Assembly (NCBI GenBank): GCA_000990325.1
Contig: LBPS01000009.1
Span: 1 to 54,608 of the forward strand
Length of the DNA stretch: 54,608 nt
Direction of reading: 5' to 3'
Origin: Candidatus Nomurabacteria bacterium GW2011_GWE2_34_25
GTDB lineage: Bacteria > Patescibacteriota > Minisyncoccia > Phycocordibacterales > UBA9973
How positions within the stretch are numbered: position 1 is the stretch's first letter; the number at the start of each line of letters is the position of its first letter. The position numbers and the translations under genes were made by a program. Below are positions 28,571-38,875 of this stretch, one piece after another. The notes beneath the pieces were generated by a model. The model did no database searches. It saw nothing but the letters and a program-made list of their open reading frames with translations, and had not been told where the DNA came from.

Positions 28571-30043
28571 TTAGTTTTTCCCAAATGATAAAAACTTAGA
28601 AAGGAGACTGTGCTGTTTTAGGTAGGCATTTATTTCTCGACGAGCCAGACTTGTTTTTGCATGATCTAGCCATTTAGAGGAAGGATTTGTATTCTTGTTT
28701 ACCTGTATCTCTACAATATCATGTGTTTTTAATATAGTTCCCAATGATGTATTTTTCCCATTAATTTTGGCTCCTTGTGCATGATTCCCAATATCAGTAT
28801 GTATAGCATAGGCGAAGTCTATAACAGAAGAATCTTCAGGTAAGTCAATAATGTCTCCTTTCGGAGTAAAGATAAAAACTCGATCCCTGAAGAAATTCAT
28901 TCGAATTTTTTCCAAGAAATCTTCTGGTTTTTCATTTTCATGATCTTTATTTAAATCATGGAGTTTATTTAACCACTCTAACTCTTTGAGATCAGGATTT
29001 TTTTCTGCATCTTTTGCTTTATATATAAAGTGTGCAGCTATACCATTTTCTGCTTGTTCGTGCATTTCGTGCGTTCGTATCTGGATTTCTACGATTCCTC
29101 CAGTTCCTGTGAATATTGTTGTATGGAGACTTTGATATCCGTTTGCCTTTGGCATTGCTATATAGTCTTTGATACGATTAGGTACGGGTGTCCATTCTCC
29201 GTGAATAATACCTAGTACATGATAGCAGTCAGATACAGTGTCTACCATTACACGCATGGCTATAATGTCATATATCTTACCAATATCCATATTGTACTTT
29301 TGAAGTTTCTTCCAGAGTGAATATAAATGCTTCTGACGATAATCTATCTTTGTATTTTTAATTTTTGCTTCTAGTATTTTTTCTTTTAGTCTATCTCTAA
29401 CTTCAATTAAATATCTTTCTTTTGCATCCTTTCTTTCTAAAAGCAATTTTTTAACATCTTCATATTCCTTAGGATAAGCATACCGGAAAGCCGCATCTTC
29501 AAGTCTTCCCTTAAGACGTCCCATTGAGAGCCTGTCTGCAAGGGGTGCGTATATTTCTAGGGTTTCAAGAGCGATACGTTTTTGTTTGTCAGGACGTATA
29601 TGTTCCAATGTTTCTATGTTATGAAGTCTATCTGCAAGTTTAATAGTAAGCACTCTTAAGTCTTCTGCCATAGATACGAAGAATCTTCTTAAGTTTTCAA
29701 CCTTACGCTCGATACCTTTGTATCTCACAGTTCCTAACTTGGTAACACCATTAATCAGAGAAAGTATTTCTTCTCCGAATTCTTTCTTGATATCCTCTTC
29801 TGTTATAGAAGTGTCTTCTATAACATCATGAAGCAACCCTGCCGCAATTGTCTTTGCTTTCATTCCTAATTCAGCTAAATTTTTGGCTGTTGCAAAAACG
29901 TGGTTGAAGTACGGTTCACCACTTTTACGAAGTTGACCAGCGTGAGCTTTTTTAGCAAAATCATAAGCTCTTTGTATGAGGTTCTGATCTTCTTTATGTA
30001 AATGATGAATTAAATCAAGTATTTCTTCTACCTTTGGTTTCAT
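28571..30043 (-). CDS. rel: RelA/SpoT family (p)ppGpp synthetase/hydrolase (HD + SYNTH + TGS, no further C-terminal domains)
   Basis: HAGQLRKSGEPY, LHDVIEDT, KLADRLHN, KDYIAMPKANGYQSLHT, EIQIRT, FTPKG..DFAYAIHT. Confidence 0.93.
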   Translation of the reverse strand: MKPKVEEILDLIHHLHKEDQNLIQRAYDFAKKAHAGQLRKSGEPYFNHVFATAKNLAELGMKAKTIAAGLLHDVIEDTSITEEDIKKEFGEEILSLINGVTKLGTVRYKGIERKVENLRRFFVSMAEDLRVLTIKLADRLHNIETLEHIRPDKQKRIALETLEIYAPLADRLSMGRLKGRLEDAAFRYAYPKEYEDVKKLLLERKDAKERYLIEVRDRLKEKILEAKIKNTKIDYRQKHLYSLWKKLQKYNMDIGKIYDIIAMRVMVDTVSDCYHVLGIIHGEWTPVPNRIKDYIAMPKANGYQSLHTTIFTGTGGIVEIQIRTHEMHEQAENGIAAHFIYKAKDAEKNPDLKELEWLNKLHDLNKDHENEKPEDFLEKIRMNFFRDRVFIFTPKGDIIDLPEDSSVIDFAYAIHTDIGNHAQGAKINGKNTSLGTILKTHDIVEIQVNKNTNPSSKWLDHAKTSLARREINAYLKQHSLLSKFLSFGKN

Positions 30044-30070
30044 AAATATAATTATACCATAACAAAATAA

Positions 30071-30103
30071 TATAAAAACTAGCTTTTTTAGCTAGTTTTT
30101 ATA
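30071..30103 (-). terminator. Terminator after topA
   Basis: TATAAAAACTAGC...GCTAGTTTTTATA. Confidence 0.7.
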
Positions 30104-30111
30104 ATGCATTC

Positions 30112-32340
30112 TTATTTTTTATTGGATTTGATATTATCTCCAAGTTTATGAGGATTATGGTTTCTGCACATTCTATTTGAACATCTTTCTGGAATTGTTT
30201 TGGTCCCCTCCATCATAAGAGATTGGCAAAGAGGACAAATATTCCCCGTAGGTTTTGCCTTGATAGCATTTTTACAATCTGGGTAATTGGAACATGAATA
30301 GAATATTCCAAAGCGCCCCTTTCTTTCCATCATTTTTCCCTTGTTACAAGTCGGACAATTTATATCTGTCATTTTTCTTTTCATCTCTTCCTCGTCTTGT
30401 TTTATAAATTTACATTTAGGATAACGAGAGCATGATATGAAAGTTCCACCACCATCACGTCTGACTCGTATGACAAGTTTACCTCCTCCACTTTTACCTT
30501 TTTTCTCTCCACAAGTTGGGCACACCTCTCCCGTTTCTTTTGGTCCATCTAGAACTTCTCCTTCAATGGTTCTTGCTCCATCGCAGTCTGGGTATTTGCT
30601 ACAAGAATAGAATTTACCTCCGCGTGAAAGTTTAACAATCATACTACTTTCACACTTAGGACAAAGTATATTACTTGGAGCTTCTCCCATGTTTGTGGCT
30701 TTAGCAAGTTTTTCTTTTTCTTTTACATCTTTTGAAAATGGTGTATAAAAGTCTTTGAGAGTTTTTACATATTCTCTTTTACCATTTGATATATCATCAA
30801 GCTTGTCTTCCATATCTGCAGTGAAAGTATCACTTATGTATTCACCGAAATTTTCTTCAAGGAAAGATGAGACAACGTCCCCTGTGTCGGTGGGGAAAAG
30901 AGTTTTGCCTTCTTTCCTTACGTAACCTCTATCCTCGAGAGTTTTCATTATTGATGCATAGGTAGAAGGTCTTCCTATGTCACGAGCTTCAAGCTCTTTG
31001 ACAAGCCCAGCTTCAGTATAGCGGTTGGGTGGTTCGGTAGCTTTTTCGGTACTATTTAATTCTATAAGTTTTAATTCATCTCCAATTGTTACTTCTGGTA
31101 ATTCTACGTCTTCACCACGGGCACCAGTCTCACAGATAAGCCATCCAGGGAAAAGTACTCGAGAGCCATTGGCTGTAAAGTCAGGAATATTATTTTCTTT
31201 TAAGTTCGCTGTTATTTTTGTTTTTAATAATTTAGCATCAGACATTTGTGAAGACACAACTCTTTCCCATATGAGTTGGTAAAGTTTATGTTGCTCTTCG
31301 TTTGCTCCAGCATTTAGTTGTTCTATATGTGTTGGACGGATTGCCTCGTGAGCCTCTTGAGCATTTTTTGATTTAGCTTTATATGTATGTATCTGTGCAT
31401 ATTCTTTGCCATATTTTTTCTCTACAAGCTTGATAATCTGATCTTGAGCTACAAGACTCAAGTTGGTACTATCAGTACGCATGTAAGTTATGAATCCTTG
31501 CTCATAAAGTTTCTGTGCTACTTGCATTGTTCGTGAAGGGGAGAATCCAAGTCTGGTACTTGCTGTCTGTTGAAGAGTAGAAGTAGTGAAAGGGGCACGA
31601 GGTTGCCTCTTCTGTTCACTAGTTTTTAAATCTTTTACAAACCACTTTTCTTTGTTTCCAAGTTCAAGAATTTTATCTACAATTTTTTTATCACGAGGTT
31701 CTTCAATACAAGACAAAGTTATTTTATCTTTTTTGTTGGTTTCAAAAATTCCATCTAATACCCAATATTGTTCAGGAACAAAAGCACGGATTTCTCTTTC
31801 ACGCTCCATAATAATGCGTAAAGCAGGGGATTGAACTCTACCAGCCGAAAGGCCGTATCGGACTTTCTTCCAGATTATTCCAGATAGGTCATATCCTACA
31901 AGTCTATCTAGGACCCGACGAGCTTCTTGAGCCTTTACTAGGCTCTGGTCTATATCACGAGGATTTTTTAGAGCTTCTTCTACTGCTTCTTTAGTAATTT
32001 CATAAAAAGCTACACGCTTTATATTGGCTTTGATTTTTTTGTCAGCATCTAGGAGTTCTTTTAAATGCCAAGAGATAGCTTCTCCTTCACGGTCCGGGTC
32101 GGTTGCAAGCATTATGGTCTCGGCTTTTTCTGAAAGACTTTTTAAATCATGAACGACTTTTTCTTTGCCTTTTGAAATTTCATATCGAGGAATAAAACCA
32201 CCCTCTATATCGATGGCATCTTTGTTTGACTTTGGTAAGTCGCGTATATGTCCAACAGAAGCACGCACAGTATAAGCACCGTCCAAGTATTTTTCTATCG
32301 TCTTTGCTTTTGATGGTGATTCAACAATTAATAGTTTCAT
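30112..32340 (-). CDS. topA: DNA topoisomerase I with C-terminal zinc ribbons
   Basis: IVESPSK, ATDPDREGE, SAGRVQS, ITYMRTDS, repeated CSxYPxC. Confidence 0.97.
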   Translation of the reverse strand: MKLLIVESPSKAKTIEKYLDGAYTVRASVGHIRDLPKSNKDAIDIEGGFIPRYEISKGKEKVVHDLKSLSEKAETIMLATDPDREGEAISWHLKELLDADKKIKANIKRVAFYEITKEAVEEALKNPRDIDQSLVKAQEARRVLDRLVGYDLSGIIWKKVRYGLSAGRVQSPALRIIMEREREIRAFVPEQYWVLDGIFETNKKDKITLSCIEEPRDKKIVDKILELGNKEKWFVKDLKTSEQKRQPRAPFTTSTLQQTASTRLGFSPSRTMQVAQKLYEQGFITYMRTDSTNLSLVAQDQIIKLVEKKYGKEYAQIHTYKAKSKNAQEAHEAIRPTHIEQLNAGANEEQHKLYQLIWERVVSSQMSDAKLLKTKITANLKENNIPDFTANGSRVLFPGWLICETGARGEDVELPEVTIGDELKLIELNSTEKATEPPNRYTEAGLVKELEARDIGRPSTYASIMKTLEDRGYVRKEGKTLFPTDTGDVVSSFLEENFGEYISDTFTADMEDKLDDISNGKREYVKTLKDFYTPFSKDVKEKEKLAKATNMGEAPSNILCPKCESSMIVKLSRGGKFYSCSKYPDCDGARTIEGEVLDGPKETGEVCPTCGEKKGKSGGGKLVIRVRRDGGGTFISCSRYPKCKFIKQDEEEMKRKMTDINCPTCNKGKMMERKGRFGIFYSCSNYPDCKNAIKAKPTGNICPLCQSLMMEGTKTIPERCSNRMCRNHNPHKLGDNIKSNKK

Positions 32341-32389
32341 TGTCTATATTAGTAACACCTTCTAATTATTTTTGCAAATAATTGTTTGT

Positions 32390-33253
32390 TTATATTTTTC
32401 TTATCTCACCTAATTCTTCTTTAATTAAATCTTTGAGTTCCATTATAGAGAGGAGAGCGTTGGCTTCGCCGATGTTTATTCCTAGTTCACGGATAAGATC
32501 ATTGCGTTCCATGGGTTCGCGAAGAAGTTCAATTATTTTCATTTCATTTTTTCCGCAGTCGGCGTATTTTTCTTTATCTGTCTGTTTAGACTTTTCAATA
32601 TTGAATCCTAGGGCGATGAGAATTTCCTCACTGTTTGTTACAGGTGTGGCTCCTTGTTTGATGAGCCAGTTTGTTCCATTTGAGTTTGAAGAGAATGCTG
32701 AGCCAGGAACGGCTAGGACGTCGCGGTTATAGTCGAGTGCCATGCGAGCAGTGACAAGTGTACCTGACTTTTCTTCTGCTTCTATTATAAGTACGGCCTT
32801 AACCATTCCAGCCATTAATCTATTTCTTCTTACAAAAGAGTACAAAGCTGCAGGGCATGATGGTTCAAGCTCTGATATTACACACCCTCCTTTATCTACT
32901 ATTTCTTGAGCAAGTTTAATGTTACTTCTTGGATGAAGGACACTATTATCAAGTCCTGATCCAGGGAATGCAATAGTTGCAAGTCCAGTGTCTAGAGCTA
33001 TTCTATGTGCAATACTATCCATCCCGATAGCAAGTCCAGAGACTATAACTATAGGGTAGCCTTTGAGCCCTCTTATTAATTTCTCACAAATATCTTTTCC
33101 ATATGAAGTGTATTTACGAGAGCCGACAACTGCCAAGTAGATCATATCTTCGCCTGGAAGTTTCCCTCGTATGTATAGAACCTTCGGTGGTTGAGGAATC
33201 TCAAGTAAAGCTTTTGGAAACTGTTCTGGTTTTAATTTGTAGACGTCTTCCAT
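32390..33253 (-). CDS. dprA: DNA-processing protein DprA
   Basis: AVVGSR, IVSGLAIG.D, RRNRLMAG, EAEEKSGTLVTA, VLAVPG; next to topA. Confidence 0.95.
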   Translation of the reverse strand: MEDVYKLKPEQFPKALLEIPQPPKVLYIRGKLPGEDMIYLAVVGSRKYTSYGKDICEKLIRGLKGYPIVIVSGLAIGMDSIAHRIALDTGLATIAFPGSGLDNSVLHPRSNIKLAQEIVDKGGCVISELEPSCPAALYSFVRRNRLMAGMVKAVLIIEAEEKSGTLVTARMALDYNRDVLAVPGSAFSSNSNGTNWLIKQGATPVTNSEEILIALGFNIEKSKQTDKEKYADCGKNEMKIIELLREPMERNDLIRELGINIGEANALLSIMELKDLIKEELGEIRKI

Positions 33254-33293
33254 ATGATTTGTGTATTATATCATTTTTTATTATACTATATAT

Positions 33294-34556
33294 ATGTTAG
33301 ACATTAAATTCATACGTGAGAACAAAGATATAATTAAAGAGGGTGCAAAGAAGAAGCATATCGAAGTAGATATAGATAAGCTTGTCTCTGTAGATGAAAA
33401 ACGACTTGAGATTCTTTCTCGTGTTGAATTCCTGCGTGGAGAGCAGAATAAAATGAATAATTCTATCGCTACAGAAAAGGATATGGCTATTCGCGGGCAA
33501 ATGATAGGAGAAATGAAAATGGTAAAGGAAGAATTAGTTGGAAAAGAAGAAGAATTAAGAACTATTATGACAGAATGGCAATCTTTAATGCTTACGGTTC
33601 CAAATATTCCAGACATATCTGTACCAGAAGGAGAAAGTGATGCTGACAATCAAGAAGTAAAAAGTTGGGGAGAGAAACCAGTCTTTGATTTTGAAGCCAA
33701 GGATCACATAGAACTTATGACCAATCTTAAAATGGTTGATTTTGATCGAGGAGTCAAAGTGCATGGTTTTCGAGGATATTTCTTAATAGGAGATGGAGCC
33801 AGACTTTCGATGGCTATATGGAGTTATGCACTAGACTTTTTTTCTAGTAAAGGACTTTTACCTGTAATACCCCCTGTAATAGATCATAAAGAAAATTTCA
33901 TTGGTACTGCCATGATTCCACAAAGTGAAGAAGATCTATATAAAACTCAAGATGGAAATTATCTCGCTGGAACAGCTGAGGTGCCGATTATGGGAATGCA
34001 TGCAAATGAGATTTTGGATCAAAAAGTCTTACCACTGAAATATTTAGGATTCTCTCCATGTTTTAGGCTTGAGGCAGGAAGTCACGGCAAAGATGTCAAG
34101 GGTCTAATACGCGTACAAGAATTTTATAAAATGGAACAAGTAGTACTATGTGAAGCGAATCATGAGGTGTCAGTAAGGGTACACGAAGATATTACAAGAA
34201 ACTCTGAAGAATTTCTTGAATCACTAGGTATTCCTTATCATACTGTAATAAATTGTGGGGGAGATTTGGGGTTAGGGCAGGTTAAAAAGTATGATATCGA
34301 AGCATGGGTACCTAAGGAAAGCAAATATAGAGAAACTCATTCGGCTTCTTATTTTCATGATTTTCAAACTCGTCGTTTAAATATTCGCTATAAAGACGAA
34401 GATGGAAAAATGAAATATGTTCACTCGTTAAACAATACAGCTGTTGCGACTCCCCGCATTCTTGTTTCACTGGTAGAAAATTTTCAACAGGCAGATGGCA
34501 CGATAAAAGTTCCGACTGTTTTGCAAAAATATTTAGGTAAAGATATTATTTCTTAA
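33294..34556 (+). CDS. serS: Serine--tRNA ligase
   Basis: MLDIKFIREN, LAGTAEVP, FRLEAGSHG, HSLNNTAVATPR. Confidence 0.97.
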   Translation: MLDIKFIRENKDIIKEGAKKKHIEVDIDKLVSVDEKRLEILSRVEFLRGEQNKMNNSIATEKDMAIRGQMIGEMKMVKEELVGKEEELRTIMTEWQSLMLTVPNIPDISVPEGESDADNQEVKSWGEKPVFDFEAKDHIELMTNLKMVDFDRGVKVHGFRGYFLIGDGARLSMAIWSYALDFFSSKGLLPVIPPVIDHKENFIGTAMIPQSEEDLYKTQDGNYLAGTAEVPIMGMHANEILDQKVLPLKYLGFSPCFRLEAGSHGKDVKGLIRVQEFYKMEQVVLCEANHEVSVRVHEDITRNSEEFLESLGIPYHTVINCGGDLGLGQVKKYDIEAWVPKESKYRETHSASYFHDFQTRRLNIRYKDEDGKMKYVHSLNNTAVATPRILVSLVENFQQADGTIKVPTVLQKYLGKDIIS

Positions 34557-34563
34557 ATAACCA

Positions 34564-35430
34564 ATGAAAGACATACCGGTATCACCACGCATAGCTCTCC
34601 TTAAACGCAATCGGAAAGTTATGAGATTGCGTTTGTTTATATTGCTTACTGTCTTGTTTGCTGTCTTTGTAGGGGCTATCTCTTATTTTTCTTCTCACCC
34701 TAAAATTGTAATCAATAAAATTATTATTACAGGTAATAGTATTATTGATACCGAGAAATTGGAGTCTAGTATAAATATAAAATTAGCTGGCAAATATTTA
34801 GGTCTTTTTTCACGTTCAAATTTTTTAATATATCCACACGATAAAATATATAATAATTTGATTTTAGAATTTCCTCGGATAGAAAGTTTATCTATCAAAC
34901 AAGAAGGGTTCAATACTCTTCGTCTAACGATAAAGGAACGTCTGGGCTCGTATTTGTATTGTGGGTTAAAAGTTCCAGAGGAAAAACAAGACATTGGAGA
35001 GAATTGTTATTTTGTAAATAATGATGGGTATATTTTTGATAAAGCCCCATATTTTTCCGGGGACGTTTATTTTAAATTCTATACAAACATAAAAGGGAAT
35101 TATCCCAATCCACTAGGTTCTCAGATGCTCGACTCTGTACGTTTTCACGAATTGGCTCGCTTTATTGACGGAGTAGCAACGCTAGGGTTTAAGGGAGCGT
35201 ATCTTGTAGTAGAAGACAATGGTACACATATTCTTTACTTAGAAAAAGCCGGAAATATTTCTAATCCAAAAATAATTTTTAAAAAAGAAAATGATATTGG
35301 AATTATATATGATAATCTTGCTACGGCCATGAAAGAAAGAGAATTTGCAAATGAAATAAATTCAAAGTATGATACTCTTTTATATATAGACCTTAGGTTT
35401 AATAATAAAGTGCTGTATAAGTTTAATTAA
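34564..35430 (+). CDS. FtsQ/DivIB-like membrane protein
   Basis: Basic N-terminus, single TM, POTRA-like IIITGN, IKER, C-terminal YIDLRF. Confidence 0.7.
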   Translation: MKDIPVSPRIALLKRNRKVMRLRLFILLTVLFAVFVGAISYFSSHPKIVINKIIITGNSIIDTEKLESSINIKLAGKYLGLFSRSNFLIYPHDKIYNNLILEFPRIESLSIKQEGFNTLRLTIKERLGSYLYCGLKVPEEKQDIGENCYFVNNDGYIFDKAPYFSGDVYFKFYTNIKGNYPNPLGSQMLDSVRFHELARFIDGVATLGFKGAYLVVEDNGTHILYLEKAGNISNPKIIFKKENDIGIIYDNLATAMKEREFANEINSKYDTLLYIDLRFNNKVLYKFN

Positions 35431-35461
35431 TTTTTGTGACTTCATTTAAAAAATAATATTT

Positions 35462-36481
35462 ATGAAAAAATTCTGGGATAAATTACCAAAACCGTTTTTT
35501 TGTTTAGCGCCTATGGCAGATGTCACCGATGCGGCTTTTCGTCGCATGTTTGCCAAGTATGGCAAGCCTGATGTGACTTGGACCGAGTTTGTCTCAGCCG
35601 ATGGTCTTGTAAGTGAGGGGAGAAAAGTTCTTAAATATGATTTACTCTATAGTGAAAAAGAAAGACCAATAGTTGCACAACTTTTCTCTTCTAACCCTAC
35701 AAAAATGCATGAGGCAGCAAAACTTTGTGCAGACTTAGGATTTGATGGTATTGATATAAATATGGGTTGTCCCGATAGATCGATAGAGAAGCAAGGGGCA
35801 GGTGCTGCGATGATGAAAGATATGAAGAAGGCAGGAGAAATTATAAAGGCTGTGAAAGATGGTATAAAAGATTCTAAAAAGAAGAACGCTCAAAGTATGT
35901 CTGTTTCTGTAAAAACTCGCATTGGATATAACAAGAACCAGATAAGTGAATGGATTCCATTTTTACTTTCACAAGATATAGATGCACTTACTTTACACGC
36001 TCGTACTAGGAAAGAAATGTCTTTAGTTCCAGCAAGATGGGATCATGTAAAAGAAGTTGTGGGCATAAGAAATAAGATGGGAGTGAAGACCAAAATAATA
36101 GGGAATGGAGATGTCAAAAGTTTAGAAGATGGTATAAGGTTAGCTGAAGAGACTGGTTGTGACGGTATAATGGTAGGCAGGGCTGTATTTGGTAATCCAT
36201 GGTTTTTTGGCGGGGAGAGGCCTTGCCTCAAGGGAGCCCGAGGCAAGGCCTCAAGGAGCCAAGAAATTTCAATAAAAGAAAAATTGAAAGTCCTAGTCGA
36301 ACACACCAAGCTTTATGATAAACTTCTGGGTAAAGTGAAAAATTTTGCAGTCATGAAGAAGCATTACAAAGCTTATGTGAATGGCTTCGATGGAGCCAAG
36401 GAACTTCGTGTAAAACTCATGGATGCTAGTTCTGCTAAAGAAGTTGAAACTATAATTAAAGAATTTCTAAAAACTCTTTAA
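35462..36481 (+). CDS. dus: tRNA-dihydrouridine synthase
   Basis: LAPMADVTD, IDINMGCP, SVKTRIG, HARTR, GNGDV, MVGR..GNPW. Confidence 0.95.
   Translation: MKKFWDKLPKPFFCLAPMADVTDAAFRRMFAKYGKPDVTWTEFVSADGLVSEGRKVLKYDLLYSEKERPIVAQLFSSNPTKMHEAAKLCADLGFDGIDINMGCPDRSIEKQGAGAAMMKDMKKAGEIIKAVKDGIKDSKKKNAQSMSVSVKTRIGYNKNQISEWIPFLLSQDIDALTLHARTRKEMSLVPARWDHVKEVVGIRNKMGVKTKIIGNGDVKSLEDGIRLAEETGCDGIMVGRAVFGNPWFFGGERPCLKGARGKASRSQEISIKEKLKVLVEHTKLYDKLLGKVKNFAVMKKHYKAYVNGFDGAKELRVKLMDASSAKEVETIIKEFLKTL
36217..36252. repeat. Palindromic element inside the dus CDS (same family as 20107-20142, inverted)
   Basis: GAGGCCTTGCCTC-10 nt-GAGGCAAGGCCTC. Confidence 0.85.
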
Positions 36482-36505
36482 TTTGGTATACTATAGTTTA
36501 TGAAA

Positions 36506-36534
36506 CCCCAAAGGAAAGAGTACTTCCTACGGGG
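36506..36534. repeat. Short imperfect palindrome CCCCAAAGG...CCTACGGGG upstream of dnaX
   Basis: Shares CCCCAAAGG and CCTACG with 52551-52568. Confidence 0.55.
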
Positions 36535-36559
36535 CATGGATTCTAAATAATTTTTACTT

Positions 36560-37618
36560 ATGAATAAAAACACAAACAACAACAATAATATAGCACTTTA
36601 TAGGAAATACCGACCTGAAAACTGGGATGAAGTTATAGGGCAGGATCATATAGTGAAGGCTATAGGAGGAGCGCTTAAGGCTGGTAAGGTTTCCCATGCC
36701 TATCTTCTTTGCGGTCCACGTGGTACAGGTAAGACCACAATTGCGCGTATTATAGCCAGCGAGTTAGGTACAACCCGAAACGATATATATGAGCTTGATG
36801 CAGCTTCGAATCGTGGAATTGATGATGTTCGTAGTATTCGCGATAGCGTTCAGACCATGCCTTTTGATTCTAAATACAAAATTTATATTCTCGATGAAGT
36901 TCATATGTTTACTAAAGATGCTTGGAATGCACTTCTTAAAACTATCGAAGAACCTCCAAGTCATGTTATTTTCATACTTGCTACTACTGAACTTGAGAAG
37001 GTTCCTGAGACTATCGTTTCTCGTTGCCAGAGTTTTATATTTAAAAAGCCTACAGACCATATTTTAACATCAGCTGTTATAAATGTTGCCAAGAAAGAAG
37101 GCTATACTCTCGAAGAAGGTGGAGCAGGGCTGATAGCACTTCTTGCAGATGGAGCTTTCCGTGATGCTTATGGAACCTTACAGAAAGTTATATCTTTCTC
37201 TAGAAGTAATCAGATAAGCCTTTCTGACATAGAAGAAGTTACAGGGTCTCCCAATGCAGTACTCGTAGATGAATTCTTAAATGCGATAGCTCATAAAGAT
37301 ATTGAGAGAGGTTTTATAACAATAAAGAAAGCCAATGATCAAAATATTGAGATGCAAGTATATTTGAAGATGATTTTATCTAAGCTTCGATATGCTCTCA
37401 TGCTTCGTTATGCTCCTAATACAAGAGTAGAGATAGAGAAAGTTTTTTCTGAACACGACATGGTTTACATCACAGAGCTTATAGCAAGTAAACCAGAATA
37501 TATATCTTCAGCTACTTTATCTATTTTACTTGAATCATATCAATCACTCAAAAATGCTGTTATTAGTGAACTTCCCTTAGAACTAGCTCTAGTCAAGATT
37601 TTAAATGAAGGAAAATAA
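36560..37618 (+). CDS. dnaX: DNA polymerase III subunit gamma/tau (short)
   Basis: ALYRKYRP, GPRGTGKTT, ELDAASNRG, ILDEVHM, TIVSRCQ. Confidence 0.96.
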   Translation: MNKNTNNNNNIALYRKYRPENWDEVIGQDHIVKAIGGALKAGKVSHAYLLCGPRGTGKTTIARIIASELGTTRNDIYELDAASNRGIDDVRSIRDSVQTMPFDSKYKIYILDEVHMFTKDAWNALLKTIEEPPSHVIFILATTELEKVPETIVSRCQSFIFKKPTDHILTSAVINVAKKEGYTLEEGGAGLIALLADGAFRDAYGTLQKVISFSRSNQISLSDIEEVTGSPNAVLVDEFLNAIAHKDIERGFITIKKANDQNIEMQVYLKMILSKLRYALMLRYAPNTRVEIEKVFSEHDMVYITELIASKPEYISSATLSILLESYQSLKNAVISELPLELALVKILNEGK

Positions 37619-38855
37619 AAACAAAATTTGGGATGTCATAATTATTGGCGGCGGTGCCTCGGGAATGATGGCTGGCTCCATAGCAGGATCTCGCTCTAAG
37701 TCCGTACTTATACTTGATAAGAATAAAAGTTTAGGAGAAAAATTAAAAATTACAGGTGGAGGACGTTGCAATATTACAAATGCCGAGCCTGATATTCACA
37801 AGATGCTGAAAGTCTATGGCAACGGGGCTCCTTTTTTATATACACCATTTTCTATTTTTGGAGTGAAAGATACCTTTCAGTACTTTGAATCAAGGGGTCT
37901 TCCTCTAGTAACTCAAGCTCGCAATAGGGTCTTTCCTGTCACAGAGAAAGCATTGGATGTTTTTAATCTTTTGCAAAAAGATTTAGAGAAAAATCACGTA
38001 ACAGTAAAAAGTAATTGTGCAGTCAAAAGCATAAGGGTCAATAATGGATTAGTTGAATGTGTGGAAACTAGTAGTGGTATGTATTATGCCAAGTCTTTTG
38101 TTTTAGCGACTGGCGGTCTTTCACATCCGGAGACTGGTTCTACGGGGGACGGTTTTAGCTGGCTTAAAGATTTGGGTCATGAGGTGAAAACTCCAAGTCC
38201 AGATATTGTACCTTTGGCGGTCAGTGATGCATGGGTTAAAACTTTAGCGGGAGTATCTCTTTCTTTTATGAAGATTACTTTTTTTCTTGAAGGAAAAAAG
38301 CAATTTTCTAAAACAGGCAAAATTCTCTTTACTCATTTTGGTCTCTCTGGACCGCTTATTTTGAATAGCTCTCGTAAAGTTTCGGATTTACTTCAGTCTG
38401 GTTTAGTGAGAGCTTATATAGATGTTTTCCCTGATACAAATGAAGGCTCGCTAGAAGATTTTATAATTAAAACTTTTGATGCCAATAAGAATAAAATTCT
38501 GAGAACTGTATTTAAAGATATTGCTCCAGAGGGTACCGCTAAAGCCATAGAGATGATTTGTTCTGAACTTGATTTCAATATGAAAATTCATAGTATAACC
38601 AAAGAAGACAGAAAAAAGATCGTTAGATTATTGAAGGCTTTACCCATGACTATTACAAACTTGATGGGCTACGAGAGGTCTGTAGTAGCGGATGGAGGAG
38701 TATCACTCACAGAGATAGACATGAAAACAATGTCTTCAAAAATAATTCCTAATTTATATGTTACTGGAGACTTACTTAATATTAATAGGAATTCTGGAGG
38801 GTATAGTCTTCAGATTTGTTGGACGACTGGATATATAGCAGGAAATTCTGTTTAA
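37605..38855 (+). CDS. HI0933/BaiN-family flavoprotein
   Basis: IIGGGASG, KLKITGGGRCNITN, ATGGLS, LFTHFGLSGP, GGYSLQ. Confidence 0.92.
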   Translation: MKENKNKIWDVIIIGGGASGMMAGSIAGSRSKSVLILDKNKSLGEKLKITGGGRCNITNAEPDIHKMLKVYGNGAPFLYTPFSIFGVKDTFQYFESRGLPLVTQARNRVFPVTEKALDVFNLLQKDLEKNHVTVKSNCAVKSIRVNNGLVECVETSSGMYYAKSFVLATGGLSHPETGSTGDGFSWLKDLGHEVKTPSPDIVPLAVSDAWVKTLAGVSLSFMKITFFLEGKKQFSKTGKILFTHFGLSGPLILNSSRKVSDLLQSGLVRAYIDVFPDTNEGSLEDFIIKTFDANKNKILRTVFKDIAPEGTAKAIEMICSELDFNMKIHSITKEDRKKIVRLLKALPMTITNLMGYERSVVADGGVSLTEIDMKTMSSKIIPNLYVTGDLLNINRNSGGYSLQICWTTGYIAGNSV

Positions 38856-38875
38856 AATTTTAATGTCGAACTATA

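Noticed and set aside
28571-30043. Truncated Rel and short IF2/DnaX as pseudogenes
   Set aside because: Catalytic motifs are intact with clean ends; consistent with streamlined forms.
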